Source: Paragordius varius (Eukaryota > Animalia > Nematomorpha). Taken from it: DNA of 64,000 nucleotides. The translations under genes were made by a program, and so were the position numbers. The notes under the pieces were generated by a model that was not told where the DNA came from, did no database searches, and saw only the letters and a list, made by a program, of their open reading frames with translations. Of this stretch, positions 1-29,900 are shown piece by piece (the stretch's first letter is position 1; every line of letters starts with the position of its first letter). The stretch covers positions 2,790,001-2,854,000 of the forward strand of contig OZ176054.1 in the NCBI GenBank assembly GCA_964247055.1, given 5' to 3'.

Positions 1-3000
1 TAAATCGAATGAAATAGAAATATATCTCATTTCAGATAAGTAAAACTAATATATTTTTAGTAATATCAAAATTTTTAAATCAGTAGAGGATATTAAATCT
101 AATAATTTTTGTGAAATAATACCGTGTAATGTTAAACAATCTACTTGTGGCAAAGATTATATATTAATTATGAATGAAAAGAACAACATGGAAGCCAGGG
201 GAACTTCCAAGTATGAATATTTTATTATACGCTACATATTTTTAATATAACCTATATTTTATTTTTATATAAAACTATTCTGTTGCCATATACTACATTA
301 GGTAAAAAATCCAAAATTATTCTGAATCCTAACCTGTTTAATATCTAATTAACCAAAAATGTAAATTGTTATTTTATTTTGATTTTTACAAAATACCAAA
401 CGAATAGTTTAATTGGTAGGATATCATAAAATATCTTTATTGTATTTAATTAACGAAGAAGCGTTGTTTCATTTACAGTCATGTATCCTTTATTTTATCA
501 AAAATTTATTTTTATTTTCGTTAAATGTGTTTCATATTTGGTAAAGAATGGAAAAAACAAGAGCTCTATGGTAATTGTTATACTTTTTTGATGAATATGG
601 TATTGTTAATACCATAGAGCTCTTGTTTTTTCCATTTTTTACCAAATATTTATACCCATTTAATGAAGAAAATAAATTTTTGATAAAATAAAGGATACAT
701 GACTGTAATTAAATAATAAATTAAAACTTTGGTGGCGGCTAATACAAAACCTATATTGCACACAAATGTGTGTAATTGTAGTTTCATCATATTTAGTATA
801 TGATTAAATTTTCATTTATACGCTACGGCCGATTATTTTATCTTTATATATATATATATATATAATATCAATTTTTGGCTCGTATAATCTTTTAATATTG
901 CATTAAATGTTAAGAGATGATTTCGACAATTTGCAGATATTTTGTATATAGAGTTTTACTATATGTATATTTAGTGATTTTCTTGGAAGATTCGCCATAG
1001 TTTTAAAAACTTTGCCCTATTTCTTATTCTTTTTTTCCGTAACTCAGTTTTGGGAACATTTTAATTGAATTATAATTTTTCTAAACTTGTAGTCAGACTA
1101 TTTTAAAATGGCAATTAATTTATAAACGGTTTTCACAACTTTTAAAACAGAATAGCTATCAATACACAAATTAACACTTCGATTCAAATTGGGCATCTAA
1201 ATACCCCTGACTAATTTTAAGTTAGGATTTTTAAAAAACTACTGAAGGAAACGGTCCCAATAAATTTATGCTTCTATCCTGATAAAAATTATATAAATAT
1301 GCCAAAATATCTTGATAAAATTTTGTTTTGAAAAAAAAAAGTTTCATCTCAAACTACTTCGACCCATTTTTATTTTACAAAATTTTTGCAAAATTTCGTC
1401 TTCATTTATTTTTTAGGATAAAAATAAAGCTAATTTTAAATATAAATTACACCTAACATTGATAGAAATTGAAAAAGCGGTTTATTTTGCATTCATTTTA
1501 ACTTTACCATTTGCATGTCACGTTGACCAAATTTTTCCCTTTCGGTTTTAGCTTAAAATATGTAATATCAAATATTTTTGAATAAAGTTTTTTATATATT
1601 TAGGTTTATTAATGTTATATAAGTGCAAAATTTTGCCGTGGTTTTGATTCCATCCATATTTTTTAAAGTATTTGATTTTAAACACGCCTGGGGTATTTAA
1701 TTACCCCAATCTGAATCGAAGGACTAAAATGAGTGTGTTGTATTTAAGTGTTGAACTTTGCCTTTAAATATCGAAATATGGTGGCAGCTTGACAAATTTA
1801 TTTTTAAACATTCTCTTATATAAGACTACATCAAAATATACAAAGTGGCAATTGGATAATGAAATTCTACAAAAATTATATATTGGTTAGTTGATTGCGA
1901 GCTTGTAGTGGAATATCGACCATTAGCGATTTATAGGAAAACTTCATCCATTCGACTGCTACGAGCTTTTAAGGATAGTTTTAGATGGGATATTTTGGAA
2001 AGTGATAAAATTTCGTCCATCCAAAGGATACGTGTTTATCTTTTCCTATCTCTTTCCGTTTACCTTTTCTAATATATCCTTTTCCAAAGAATACCCTCGA
2101 ATTATGCATCCAAAATAACCAATTTTTTGTTTAACTATTAACCACGAAGCGTTGTTTCTGCGTTAATTTTGTTTTCAATATCGATGTTTTTCACTTTGTC
2201 CTTCCATGTTATACCAAGTATTTTCCTCAAGCAGGACATTTCAAAAGCGTTTATTCTTTACACGTCATCACTTTTAATGGTATAGCTCTCACAGCCGTAT
2301 AACATGACAGGGAATATTAGAACGTTTACTTGTCGGATTTTTAAATGTAGTTTTCGAGGTTTGTTTGTTAATCAGCTATAATGTGTCATCGGCAGGCATG
2401 TCATCAGAGTGTGACCCCTACTTTCATTCCTGGCAGATTTAGTCATCTCGTGATAACATGGGGGATAATATGCAACTTTGGCGTAAACCGTGTTCGTTCC
2501 AGATGGTCTAACCATGTGGGGTGGTAAGAGATAGGGTTGAATTGATGTATATGGATTTGATTAATTTAATTTGGTGACCGGAAACTCCTATTTGTTTTAG
2601 AGCTTTCCAGGGAATGTTATGCCGAGTAGCGAAGGCTTTAGACAAATTAACAAAACATAGGTGTAGATCTTTTCGGAATTCACAATTCTTTTTCTTTATC
2701 CATCTAATGTTGAAGATCATGTCTTGTCATCCTATTTTTTCATAAACACTGCCTATGTTATTGAGAGATTAGGGCTGGAAGGGGTTTCTAAAGCTTTTTG
2801 CATTATTTTTAGAAACACTTTTGAAGTTTGGTTATTTAATACTATTGGGTCGTAGTTTTCGCATAATTTATGATCGCCCCTTTTTAATTCGGGACAATAT
2901 ATGATTTGTTTCAGTCCGCAGGGAATTTTGCCTCGAAGAATACTTTTTGAATAATGTTATTATCAATTTCTTAGGTATGTGCTTAAGCTAGCTTTACCGA

Positions 3001-6000
3001 TTGATGTGTGTCAGGGCCCATTCTATTTCTTCCATAGGCTCAAGTACATTTTGTTTTGTGTATAAGTCTTGCATATATTCTTTTTAAAGTTTAATTACTT
3101 TTTTCATATCGGTTAGGAATCTTCCATTTGGGTGAGACATGGGGCCTTCATACATTTGTTTTTTGCGTGGATAGATGTCATTAATGTAGGGCAAGTATTT
3201 CTGATTAAGTTTAGCCGCGTGTCGATTGATGCAGATTTTATTATAATGAGACTCGTTCTAATGCTTTTTAATAGTTTATTATTAAAAATTTTGTATTCAA
3301 GAGGTGGTCTTCCCTTGGATTTGGCTTTTCATCGCTAATCAATTATGACAATGCTTTGTTGTGATTCCCATGTGTTGTTTAAGATCTATCTGGAATGTAT
3401 TACGAGGGGGCTAAAACTACCAGGAATAAAAGTAGGAGGTCGAATTTTGAAACTAATATCCCCATTTTCAGAGATGTCTGAGAAAAATATAATTTATCAT
3501 TAAATTTCAGCAAAGCTTAAATTTTATACATCAGCTCACCCTTCATACCTATGATTCGCTACGAATAAATAGCGATATAATCGATATGATCAACGAATAA
3601 ACATATCTGGGAAGCATTATCACCCCATCAAGTTCCAGCTCGATAAAAGGACGTATTGATATAACCAAATGTACTTTGGCCTCACATAATAAACAAAGAA
3701 AATAACATAATACAATTAAAAACAAAAATTCGATTAGTAAACGCCCTGATATTCCCTGTCCATGTTACACGACTGTGAAATCAGACCATTAAGAACGGAG
3801 GCGAGAAAATAAAAACGCTTTTGAAATGTTCCGTTAAGGAATTCTCTGTATAACATGAAAGAACAAAGTGAATAACCTTGAAATTGCAATAAAAATAATA
3901 TAAATAAATACTACGAAAATATCCAAACAAAAATTGTACTTTGGTGGACACATAAATTAAGGATATTCTTTGAAAAAGAAAAATGTTAGGAAAATTAAAT
4001 GGCAAGAGAGGAGAAGGCCGAAGACACCGGATGAACGAAATTTTAACACTTTGCAAAATGTCCCTACAAAAATAGCCCTAAATGCTCATGATATACCGAC
4101 CGGGATGAAGTTTTTTATAAAATTTCCACCGGTCGTTAAACCACTATAAACATCCCACCAACCTAGATAGTACAATATTTAGGATGTTGAGACAAATCCC
4201 TTTATTTCAAGAAGTTTTCTTCATGTGCTTTGTATCTATAGAAATCTTCATTTAATTCAAACATCTATGCAAATTGGGCAAATCCATTTTGCTACCACCA
4301 AAATCCATATCCTAAAATATTTAATTACATCAAATGTTTAAAAAACTTATCAATAATTATGTGGCCAAGAAACCATTAAAATTATTTGAAAACTAGGCAT
4401 ACGATATTTATAATTGCAATTTATGCTGTTTTTAAACGTTAAGATATAGACAGTTGGAGGTAATTCATTTCTTTCTCAATATAAAATTACTATTACAATT
4501 AGTTGCTATTGAACATTTTTATCACGTCAAATATTAATTAGAAGATTAATTCTTTCAAATTTGGGTTGGTTTTTTACAATTTGAAATAATTTATGAAGGC
4601 GAACAACTCTTTATCAAAATTTTGTGGCGATAGAAATATTTAGTAACATAGAAAGCTATTTTATGATTTCATTTTAATACCGGTTCGATCATGCTTCAAA
4701 ATACCATAGAAATGCTTTATATTAAAATATCAACATATTTGCCGCTATTTTTACAGAGTAAAATTATATAGGCAAAGCTTTACTGATATCAAATTCTAAA
4801 AAGTCAACTATACTTTTTGAACCTTGAGATTTTCTGCATTACCTCTCTACTTACAATTGTAAAATGTATAATTGAGTCTGTTACCAATATATCTTTTAGG
4901 AAAAATTTGTCTCCTAAAATTTTGCGTTTTGCATGTATAATTTTGATTTTTACTTTTGAAGATATGGACAGTTAGGATTAGGTGATTGCACATTTCGTTC
5001 TCAATTCACTTGCATTGAAGCGCTCAAAGGTTTAACTATAAAGAAAATATCGGCAGGTGGATGGCATAATATAGCGCTAACTGGTAAAACGTATCTACAG
5101 ATATATTTATTTTATATTAATAATTTATATTACTAAATATTAAAGACGTTAAATTATTTAACATTAAAACTAATTATATTTTTTTCGGTTTGAGAATTTT
5201 TAAAGAGCATGTAAGATGTTTGGCATAAAAGCGATTTAGTAAAATATATTAATGACAAATCATTACTTTTTTCTAATATCATGGCAATGTTTGTGTTTCT
5301 AAAATTACTAAAAATAAAATATAATTGACATTTTAAGTAATTTATTAATGATATAAAAAAGTTTATATGGAACCTAGAAAATTCAATATATTAATATCGG
5401 CCTATTTTTTTAGATGATGGCGATATATATGTGTGGGGTTGGAATCAATTCGGACAGTTGGGTTTGAAACAAAAATGCTTGCATTGTGAAAATCAAAGTT
5501 TATTTATAGTTTACCTTTTATAATTTGGTACGGTTTTGATTTTTATCTTTTATCAATGTGACATGTAAATTTTGGTAAAATTTTTATTAACTTAAAGGTA
5601 AATTTATTAATAATGGTTTGGTTTTTATTTGTCTCTTAACAATTATTACGAATAAGGTGTTTTTTAATTCTAATTCTGAATAAATAGGAAATGACAAGCT
5701 CGCGGGGCTTATTTAAATATCAATTTTTTAGGGAGATTGAAATATAAATAATTTTCTTTTAATATTATATAAATTAATTGTATAAACTGTAAATATATGT
5801 TTTTCCCAGATTTAGCTTGAATTACGTTAACGTCTTTATAATTTTGGAAAATAGCTCTATAAGGATATTATTATGTGGTTACTTATTTAGTGTAAGGGAT
5901 ATTAACTTCTCTCAGCACAACAAATGAAATATACTTCATAATAATCTTTAACTCAACATTATGAAAATAAAAAAATATCGAAATTGGATCCACAGTTCCG

Positions 6001-6929
6001 AATGACCAACTATTTCATTATTTGAAATTTATTTTTGGTTTCAATACTTCACACATTTATAAATATTTCGTTTTTTGAATATTAGATATGAGTGAATGTG
6101 AGCATAAGGATGAATTATCAATCCAAAAAATGCAATGTATACCAACTTTACTTTTATTGAAAGAAATGGAGTTGGATGAAAATGTTTGCATTGTTGATGT
6201 TGCTTGCGGTACCTGTCATTCTATCGTATTAACAAGTAAGAATGCCCAAAATTCTTTAATTTTTGTACATATTATAAAGCAAAATCTATAATCTTATTAA
6301 ATTTTTGTTTTATCCGTTGTAGTTTGTGAATGTTCAAAATCAAACCTTTTTTAATTATGTCATGCAAATTTTTAATTTATTGCTTATTGGTTGATTTTCA
6401 CAAAAAAATGCTATATATAATATCCAAAATTTTGTTTTTCAATATTAAAATTTAAAGCGTAATTATTAAATAAATGGTGTTATTTTTGTGTACCATATAA
6501 GTTTTGATGTGAATAAGTGTTTTAGTTTCCCCAAAAATCTTTAATAAAAAATTTGCGAAAATCTAAATATAATTAGTAAAATCCCAAATTTTGATTAAAA
6601 ACAATCTAATTAGGTTTTTTTGTTAAAATTATAGCATATCAATAATTTGGTATTCTACAAAAAATTATAGCCTACCTTTTTTACTCAAAATATTTAAATC
6701 ATCGAGAGTAAAATCAATAAATATAGGTTTATATAAAATGACACTATTTTCTCCATTTATTTTAGATACTGGTAATGTATATGGTTGGGGTTGGAATAAA
6801 TACGGACAGATTGTAAATGAAATCAAAGACGAGATTATTTATAAACCAATAAAATTAAATTTTCCTCAGAATAAAAGTATCGCTAAAATTTATGCTGGTG
6901 GATGGTTTAGCTATTATGTTTTCAATTAA
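1..6929 (+). CDS. RCC1-repeat protein (RCCD1-like), 5'-partial, multi-exon
   Basis: Exons (1-39 tentative), 61-210, 4962-5083, 5414-5497, 6086-6235, 6766-6929 join in frame through GT-AG introns. Translation gives successive RCC1 repeats: VKQSTCGKDYILIMNEKNNMEARGTSKYGQLGLG, IKKISAGGWHNIALTDDGDIYVWGWNQFGQLG, IVDVACGTCHSIVLTNTGNVYGWGWNKYGQ, IAKIYAGGWFSY, then stop TAA. RCCD1 is suggested by recalled resemblance only. Confidence 0.85.
476..705. mobile_element. Foldback MITE with CAGTCATGTAT termini and TA TSD (Tc1/mariner-like), copy 1
   Basis: TA|CAGTCATGTATCCTTTTATTTTATCAAAAATTT...AAATTTTTGATAAAATAAAGGATACATGACTG|TA. Almost the whole 230 bp is a palindrome. Lies in the RCC1-gene intron. Confidence 0.85.
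1175..1750 (+). mobile_element. TTAA-flanked non-autonomous DNA transposon (piggyBac-like MITE), ~576 bp
   Basis: TTAA|CACTTCGATTCAAATTGGG...CCCCAATCTGAATCGAAG-GACTAAAATGAGTGTGTTGTATTTAAGTG|TTGA. Asymmetric subterminal inverted repeats. Homologous copies at 42.1, 48.4-49.6, 50.0, 50.8 and 51.6 kb. Confidence 0.85.
1885..3390 (-). mobile_element. Degenerate RTE-clade LINE fragment (reverse transcriptase remnant)
   Basis: ORF 2508-2720 (IFNIRWIKKKNCEFRKDLHLCFVNLSKAF...WKALKQIGV) matches RTE/BovB-type RT. GLRQSCILSP lies at ~2461-2495 and PADD (from YADD) at ~2390, with RTE C-terminal motifs down to ~1900. Many frameshifts and deletions. Confidence 0.85.
3560..4045 (+). mobile_element. Second RTE-LINE fragment, opposite orientation
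   Basis: Frameshifted YLGSIIT, KGRIDITK and TKIRLVNALIFPV motifs plus a GHI...SL.K...GR-like tail. Nucleotides ~3720-3900 are the inverted homologue of ~2170-2350. Confidence 0.75.
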
Positions 6930-9822
6930 AACACTTTTTTCGAGGGAAAAAGCACTCCAACTTAAAATTATTTTTGACTTTATATATGAAAAACATCCTT
7001 AGAATAAATTAGTTTTTTTATATTTCGATTTTACCATCTATATGTTTTTTTGTGTTTGGTTAAATTATATTTAAATTGCAAAATTTTTGATCTTGGCATT
7101 TAATTCACTTAACTTTGATTAGAAATTACTACGCAAGAAAAGATATATGTATCTATTATTTTTCATCTTAGACGAGGGTTATAATTTAATAATTTTCTTT
7201 ATCGGTTCTGTTCGCGCAAATAAAAAACGTTTGTAATTAAATTAAGCTTTATATATAAGATATTTAATTTACGCCGCAAAATTAACGTATTTTGAATATG
7301 AACTAATATAAGTCGACTTCCTTGACAATAACGCTTTAGTTTTTCATATAATGTACGCTGATTTCTTTTCGTTATAAAGCAATTATTACAAAAGTTTATA
7401 CAATTTTCTTAGGTGGTTATCGGCAACAAAAACACCAAAGCTGTTTTATGTTTTATAATAGCGTTATTCCTGTTTAAAGTTTAAAAATATCCCCAAAAAG
7501 GTAAAACAAACAACGTCTTGAAATTTTGTTGCAGCAAAATGGAAAATACTTACACATTTCGAATATGCATAGTTGACACATGAGCACTTTAAGCAGAATA
7601 TTTTATGCTTTGAGAATTTTATTGAAATAGGCTTTTTGAACACAAAATTGATTAACATTTATAAATGGATTGACTATAGTTTGGTTCATTTAAATTAGCA
7701 CCTCATTATATGCTTAACCGTGAAAATAAGGGTTATTAAGATAGAAAAGTTCCCAAAAATCAGATTTTGAGAAATTATTGGAAATACCCAATCAAATTTC
7801 TATTATTCATAAATGCACCGAACATAATTGGCTTACTTTTTTAATTTAATCCCCGTATTTAGCCGCTACCTCGGTATGATAACAATTTTGTAAAAAAACA
7901 AAGTGTCTAAATATATACAGTAGAAAATTTTATATTTTAGGACAAAACAAAAATATAGACAAATATTTTTTGCAAAAGACAACTATACTTATTTGACTTT
8001 TAATTATAAATCATTGTTTTGAAATGCAAAAAGGAGAAATATATATTGGTAACACAATCGATTGTGTTTAAAATTTTAATTAAATATATAGGAAAAATTA
8101 TGAAAAAAATATGGTTAACTTTTGAAAATATATTTGTCTTTACATTTCCGTATAATTACAATTTTTACTGTTTTTAGCAATTGTTCATCCAAGTTATGAG
8201 TTAGTGAATCTATAGAGGTTCCATGCAAAGAAACATATAGAAAATCTCATTTTTATAATAGCAACTTAAAATATACTATAAGTTAAAAATAAGATGACTT
8301 TAAGATAAAAATCAGAAAATATGCCACATAAGAATTTAGAAATGTATTTGAGTATCCATATAAAGGCAAAATTTAAGTCTAGCGTTTAAAATTAGGCGCT
8401 AGGTAGGGCTTCATAAACTGTAAAATACGGCATGTAAAGATAAGGTGCTTTAAATTTATAAGATAAGAGACTATTTTAATTCAATAATGGTTTGGCATAT
8501 TGGGTCCAACCCATTTTTCACACTTTATTACTTTTGAATCTTTTTGTAAACGATTGAATTTTATACTTCAGAACCGGTCTTTTGTATTAATTAAAAAAGC
8601 TTATATTTTTAAAGTTTTCTAATTTTTTCTGTTCTGAGTTCGAATATCTCGGAAATCCAATTTTAACAAACAGCTTTGAACATTACATCACCTTTTGGGG
8701 CTTTATATTCCAAAGCCATTTGAAATTTATATATTTTAGAAAGTATTAAGAAGCCGAATTTAAAAATATTTCGTTTAGTCTTTTAGGTTATATAATTTTT
8801 TGCAAAAAAATGTGAAATTGTATAAAACTCATTTCAAACTATTTGGCCGCCATTTTTTTCCTATAATTTTTTTAAATGGAGGCAACATGATGGTATATTA
8901 TGGTTTGAACATGTAATAAAAGCTTTAAGCTACATATTAGCAAAAACTATATATTAATGAAAATACAGCTTCATTTCAATCGTGTTTTTGAAGCTGTCAC
9001 TATTTTAGGCATTAGAAGTCACAAAACTTTTTAAAACAATCTTTTTTTAGAATAATATTTTCTAGTTTTGCTGATATTGCATACTTATTGTTAAACTTAC
9101 TGATTCATTCCATTATAAAAGCTTTTTTATCTAATATGTCACAACAATGATAATTAAATTTACCTAAAATAATTTTCTAATTCATTTACCAAATTCAGGG
9201 GATAAAAAACTATCCCAAAATGTAAACTCGGATAAAAAAGTGATAAGGTAATGAGCAATGAATCTTTCATGCAATCAAATTTCTAAGGTTAAGATTTTCA
9301 TTTAAAAGCTTTACATATTTTGCAGTATTATTAACAAATTAGAAAAATCCGAAAAATGGAGGCGAAGAAATTTCATATGATGATTTTTTTACAATTTTAC
9401 GTTTTTTAGAATATTACAACATAGGCAACTAAAAGGTTAATGGCTTAATTTTAAATTGACCCAATATCCTACATTTTTAACACATTTGAATTTAAAATTG
9501 CTCTTGGGAGCAACTATTACAAAAGTTGTGGAGTGTTAAATTTGGGCTGGTTAAGGCTCAACCCTCTGTATACTCGGCCATGTAAATGATTTTATTATTC
9601 TAAATATATATAAACCTTATATATAATGATTCAGAGATATTTCGTATATACAAGGTAAATTTTCCAGCGTTTTTTGATTAACCGCTGATTAAGGCTCTAT
9701 CAATATTATGCGCCATAATGTGAAAAATGTTATTAAGGCAAAATATATAGCTAATAATTTAAAACACTATCCCTTAACTTGTCTGATAACCTGGGGAGCC
9801 ACGCAATAACAATGGTTTAAGG

Positions 9823-10038
9823 CAGTGGGACTCACAAAAAAACTTTATAGGGGCAAAAAAAATTTTCTTGACTCAAGGGCCGTGTACCATATAACAACGT
9901 GTAAATATTTTTAAAGTGTTTGACACATGAAATTTATTCCAAATATGCACTGAAAAAGTTAAAAAATACAATTCAGGCCTATAAAAAATTACTTTTAGGG
10001 TCATCTGTGGCCGATGGACCGCTATTTGAATATCACTG
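9823..10038. mobile_element. Possible hAT-type MITE
   Basis: Ends CAGTGGGACTCA / (rc) CAGTGATATTCA resemble the TIR of the hAT at 30084, with GGGCCG-like motifs inside. The 8-bp flanks GTTTAAGG/GTTTTATA match only 5/8. Confidence 0.4.
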
Positions 10039-10417
10039 GTTTTATATTTAATATTTAATTCAGACACTCTTATTTTTGTAAATATTAAAAATCTCAATTA
10101 ATATTTTTTTACTCTGGTGCAAAATAAGTCACACAAGTTGGTCGGCATAGTCAAAATTAATCAAAAATGCGGATAATTTTACAATGCGTAATAATTTGAT
10201 TTTTTAAATAACTTAATCCTCCATTCACCGTCTTTGTTCACATAAACTGTTTTTTATACTTCAACATACGAATGATTGAAAAAATATTTGGTCTAAGTTT
10301 TACTTTATAATTTATTGAACAATATATTATATTTATAAAATAGCAATAAGCATATTTCAATTGTGCGCTACGTTCACCTTTAAAACACATGCGTCTCCCA
10401 AAATAGATTGAATCATA

Positions 10418-27061
<16,644 letters not shown>

Positions 27062-27701
27062 TTGATGTATTGCGATCAAATATTTATATATATATATATA
27101 TTTGAATAAATTGTAAAGAAATAATAAATTAGATGTATCAATAGTGTTTTCAATAAGCAATCCATGGTTTTTTGATCATATTAATTAAATTTTTGATGAC
27201 ATTTTTTTATAAGTTTTACCTACAAAAAAATAAAAAGCACAAAACAAATCTTTGACTTGGGAATTTTTATATAATCTTCGCATATGTTTTGCAATTTCCG
27301 TATAAATGCAGTCCGCAATTCGAAACTAAATAACGTAATTAAATTCATAAATCGACCACAAAATTATTATTATTGACAGGATCATATAACGTTATATTAT
27401 GATTTTTCGGTTTAATTTACATTAACCCAATAATTCAGTAAATCACATTAAAGAATTGGTTAAAGCCAATTTACAAATTAACATAAAATAGATAAACTAT
27501 GAAACTCATAATTATATTTATTCCATAAGATATAAAAATAATGGTATAAGCATTCAAAAAATAGTAAATAATCAATATATTTATTAATTTTCAAAACAAA
27601 CACAATGGTAAAGAGGTCAACACCAATTCTCAATGCGCTCAGTCGAAATGTTTAATTCTCGAAACAGTCTTTCTAATAAATACCATGACAAACTAAACTA
27701 T

Positions 27702-28094
27702 TTAATCACGCCATTGATGATGGCAGGTCACATTTATGCACCGATAAAATGTGGTCATTGGTTCATCGGCAGATCGAGTTTGGATTTGCATGAAATATGC
27801 ACCTTTTCCTTCACACTTGGGACATGTTACTGATTCGGTAGAATCTACATTCTCCCAAGCTTGTGCACCTCCAAGAACGTCATCGACACTTTTGAGACGA
27901 GGATATTTTCGGGAACTAATCACATTCTGGGTCGTTAATGGTAAAATATAGGGACATGTATGGCAAGAATAACGATATTCAGATGTTTGTACCTCATTAG
28001 TACTTTCATAAGCGTCTTCGGAAGAATGAGATATTGTGGTTTCGTTTTGTTCAATAAAAAGCATGTTATGGCAATGTGGGCAAAATAAAAGCAT
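27702..28094 (-). CDS. POLR3K: RNA polymerase III subunit RPC11/RPC10 (TFIIS-like), intronless, ~130 aa
   Basis: MLLFCPHCHNML...CHTCPY...KYPRLKSVDDVLGGAQAWENVDST...CPKCE...QIQTRSADEPMTTFYRC...QWRD*: two Zn ribbons and the acidic DE hairpin. I placed the start at the second Met by homology; the ORF opens at 28118. Confidence 0.95.
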   Translation of the reverse strand: MLLFCPHCHNMLFIEQNETTISHSSEDAYESTNEVQTSEYRYSCHTCPYILPLTTQNVISSRKYPRLKSVDDVLGGAQAWENVDSTESVTCPKCEGKGAYFMQIQTRSADEPMTTFYRCINVTCHHQWRD

Positions 28095-28227
28095 TTCGGT
28101 TATAAAAAAGTGGCACATATGTTTTCAAGCTTGGATTTTGTACCCCACATTTAACAAAAATTACATTTTTAAAATATAAAAACTGCTTATAACACAGTGA
28201 ACACATAAATTATCTTGATGAAATATA

Positions 28228-29176
28228 CACTGCGTCCAAAATCGGGGGTATAATATTATTATGAAATATATATTTTCTAAAATAATGTATCAGAACTAGG
28301 ATGATGGTTATGGCCTTTAGAAATGATGTAGGAAAGTTATCACTTTTACAAATAACTTTTTTTGTAAAATATAATCATTTAAATAACATGACTAATATCA
28401 TAAACTACATGTAAAAAAATTTTCTTAAAAAGGTTTATTTATATGGGCTCCTAAAGTCGTAAATTTTTTCGCTTTTCTAAAATGGGCTTGTTTCAACGCT
28501 CTGCCGATATTGCTAGATAAAAGCTTTAACATATGCTAAATTTTGATATAATCAATATCATTCAAAAAATGCTAATTTTTGTCAAAATTGTTTTTGAAAA
28601 GAATGTATGAATTTATACTATCTTGAGGCATCGTGGAAACAGTTTGAAAACACTTTCTCCATATATTTCCCTAATGTGGAACATTGTTATCCCTCAAAAA
28701 ATTTGAAGGTTGTTTGTTTACAAATTTTGGTTATGCAAAAAAACACAAAAAAACAAAACTGCATTCGAGACGAACGGATATTTTAATCAAATTTTGATGT
28801 GAAAATATTTTGCATCATATTAATGTTTTATAAGATCTTAAATCGTTTTTATACAGTTTTCGTCAGGCCTCAAAAAGTATGAACTCTGCTTTAGCGAAAC
28901 TTCCCAAATTAAACTTTGATAAAGCTTTTGAATTTTTTTTATTTTATGTCAAAATTTAGCCGGAATTTTTGGGTTTATTTTAACAGAGTCTATTTTAAAT
29001 GAGCGAAAAAATTTGGGATTTTCGGAGCCCACTTCTTCTAAAATGTAATATTTAAAAAAAAATTGTTCATTATATGTAGTGTTTAGTAATATTCATTTGG
29101 AATAAAGCATTAAGCTTTTTCTAAATAATTTTCTTGAAATGAGAGCAAATGTTATCCCTCGGTTTTAGACGCGGTG
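28228..29176. mobile_element. ~950-bp TA-flanked non-autonomous element (Tc1/mariner-like)
   Basis: TA|CACTGCGTCCAAAATCGGGGG vs (rc) TA|CACCGCGTCTAAAACCGAGGG, with further imperfect internal inverted segments and no ORF. Confidence 0.75.
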
Positions 29177-29900
29177 TATAAAATTCATAAATATAATTTT
29201 TGGACATTGTGTTATATGCAGTTCTAATATCAAGACGCATATTTAAATAGAAATATTCAATATTTTTATTTTTTGTTTAATTTAGGTAAAATATTTCATG
29301 AGCTACATATAAATAGCAAAACATTATTTTTTAAAATTTTAGATGTGGGTTTGTCCCAAATCTTTTTGTCCTTTAAAATGGGCTAGTGAGATTAAAATAA
29401 TCGCAAAATGCCGAGTCTTAATAAAAAATTTTAAGATATGCTTTTGGCGTCAAGATATTTTTGGTGTGCATACTTTTCAAAAAATTTAAAATGTTTTCTA
29501 GATAATTGAACGTGTTTCAGCTGAACCTTTATTGGAGAGATATTGTTTTGTCACATGGTTCATCCTTTTTTTGCTTCACACCACATATTTTTTAAAAAAA
29601 TATAAAAGATATTTTATTTCAAATCCCTATTTTAATATGTTATTAGCTCAGAAACACCCAAATATTTAGTGAATTTGATAAATTTAAAGATGTCGTGTTT
29701 AAGAATGAATACGCATTATTTGAGGTTTAATTCGAGTGCAAATGGATTTTCATATGATATTCAATATTGGATTGAAAATTAAAAAATTTCTGCTGAAAAT
29801 AAACTCCTTTTTAGTGTTGCTAATAAATGATTATAACTCATTGTTGTATCTTGTCTAGATATTAATCATCAAAAATAAAATCGTTTTTATTGAAAAAGAA

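Noticed and set aside
3400-3550. TACGAGGGGG start resembling an irritans-type mariner TIR
   Set aside because: No convincing matching right TIR or transposase remnant.
3781-4056. 91-aa minus ORF faintly like the mariner YSPDLAP motif
   Set aside because: The plus strand carries clear RTE-LINE motifs, so the ORF is its antisense.
8400-9600. Possible ~1-kb MITE with scattered inverted segments (e.g. ATATTGGGTC / GACCCAATAT)
   Set aside because: Termini and TSD could not be defined; probably an old repeat but not supportable as a feature.
27633-27951. Plus-strand ORFs overlapping RPC11
   Set aside because: Antisense shadows with no homology or splice support; the same applies to 37288-37515, 57885-58094 and 62431-62634.
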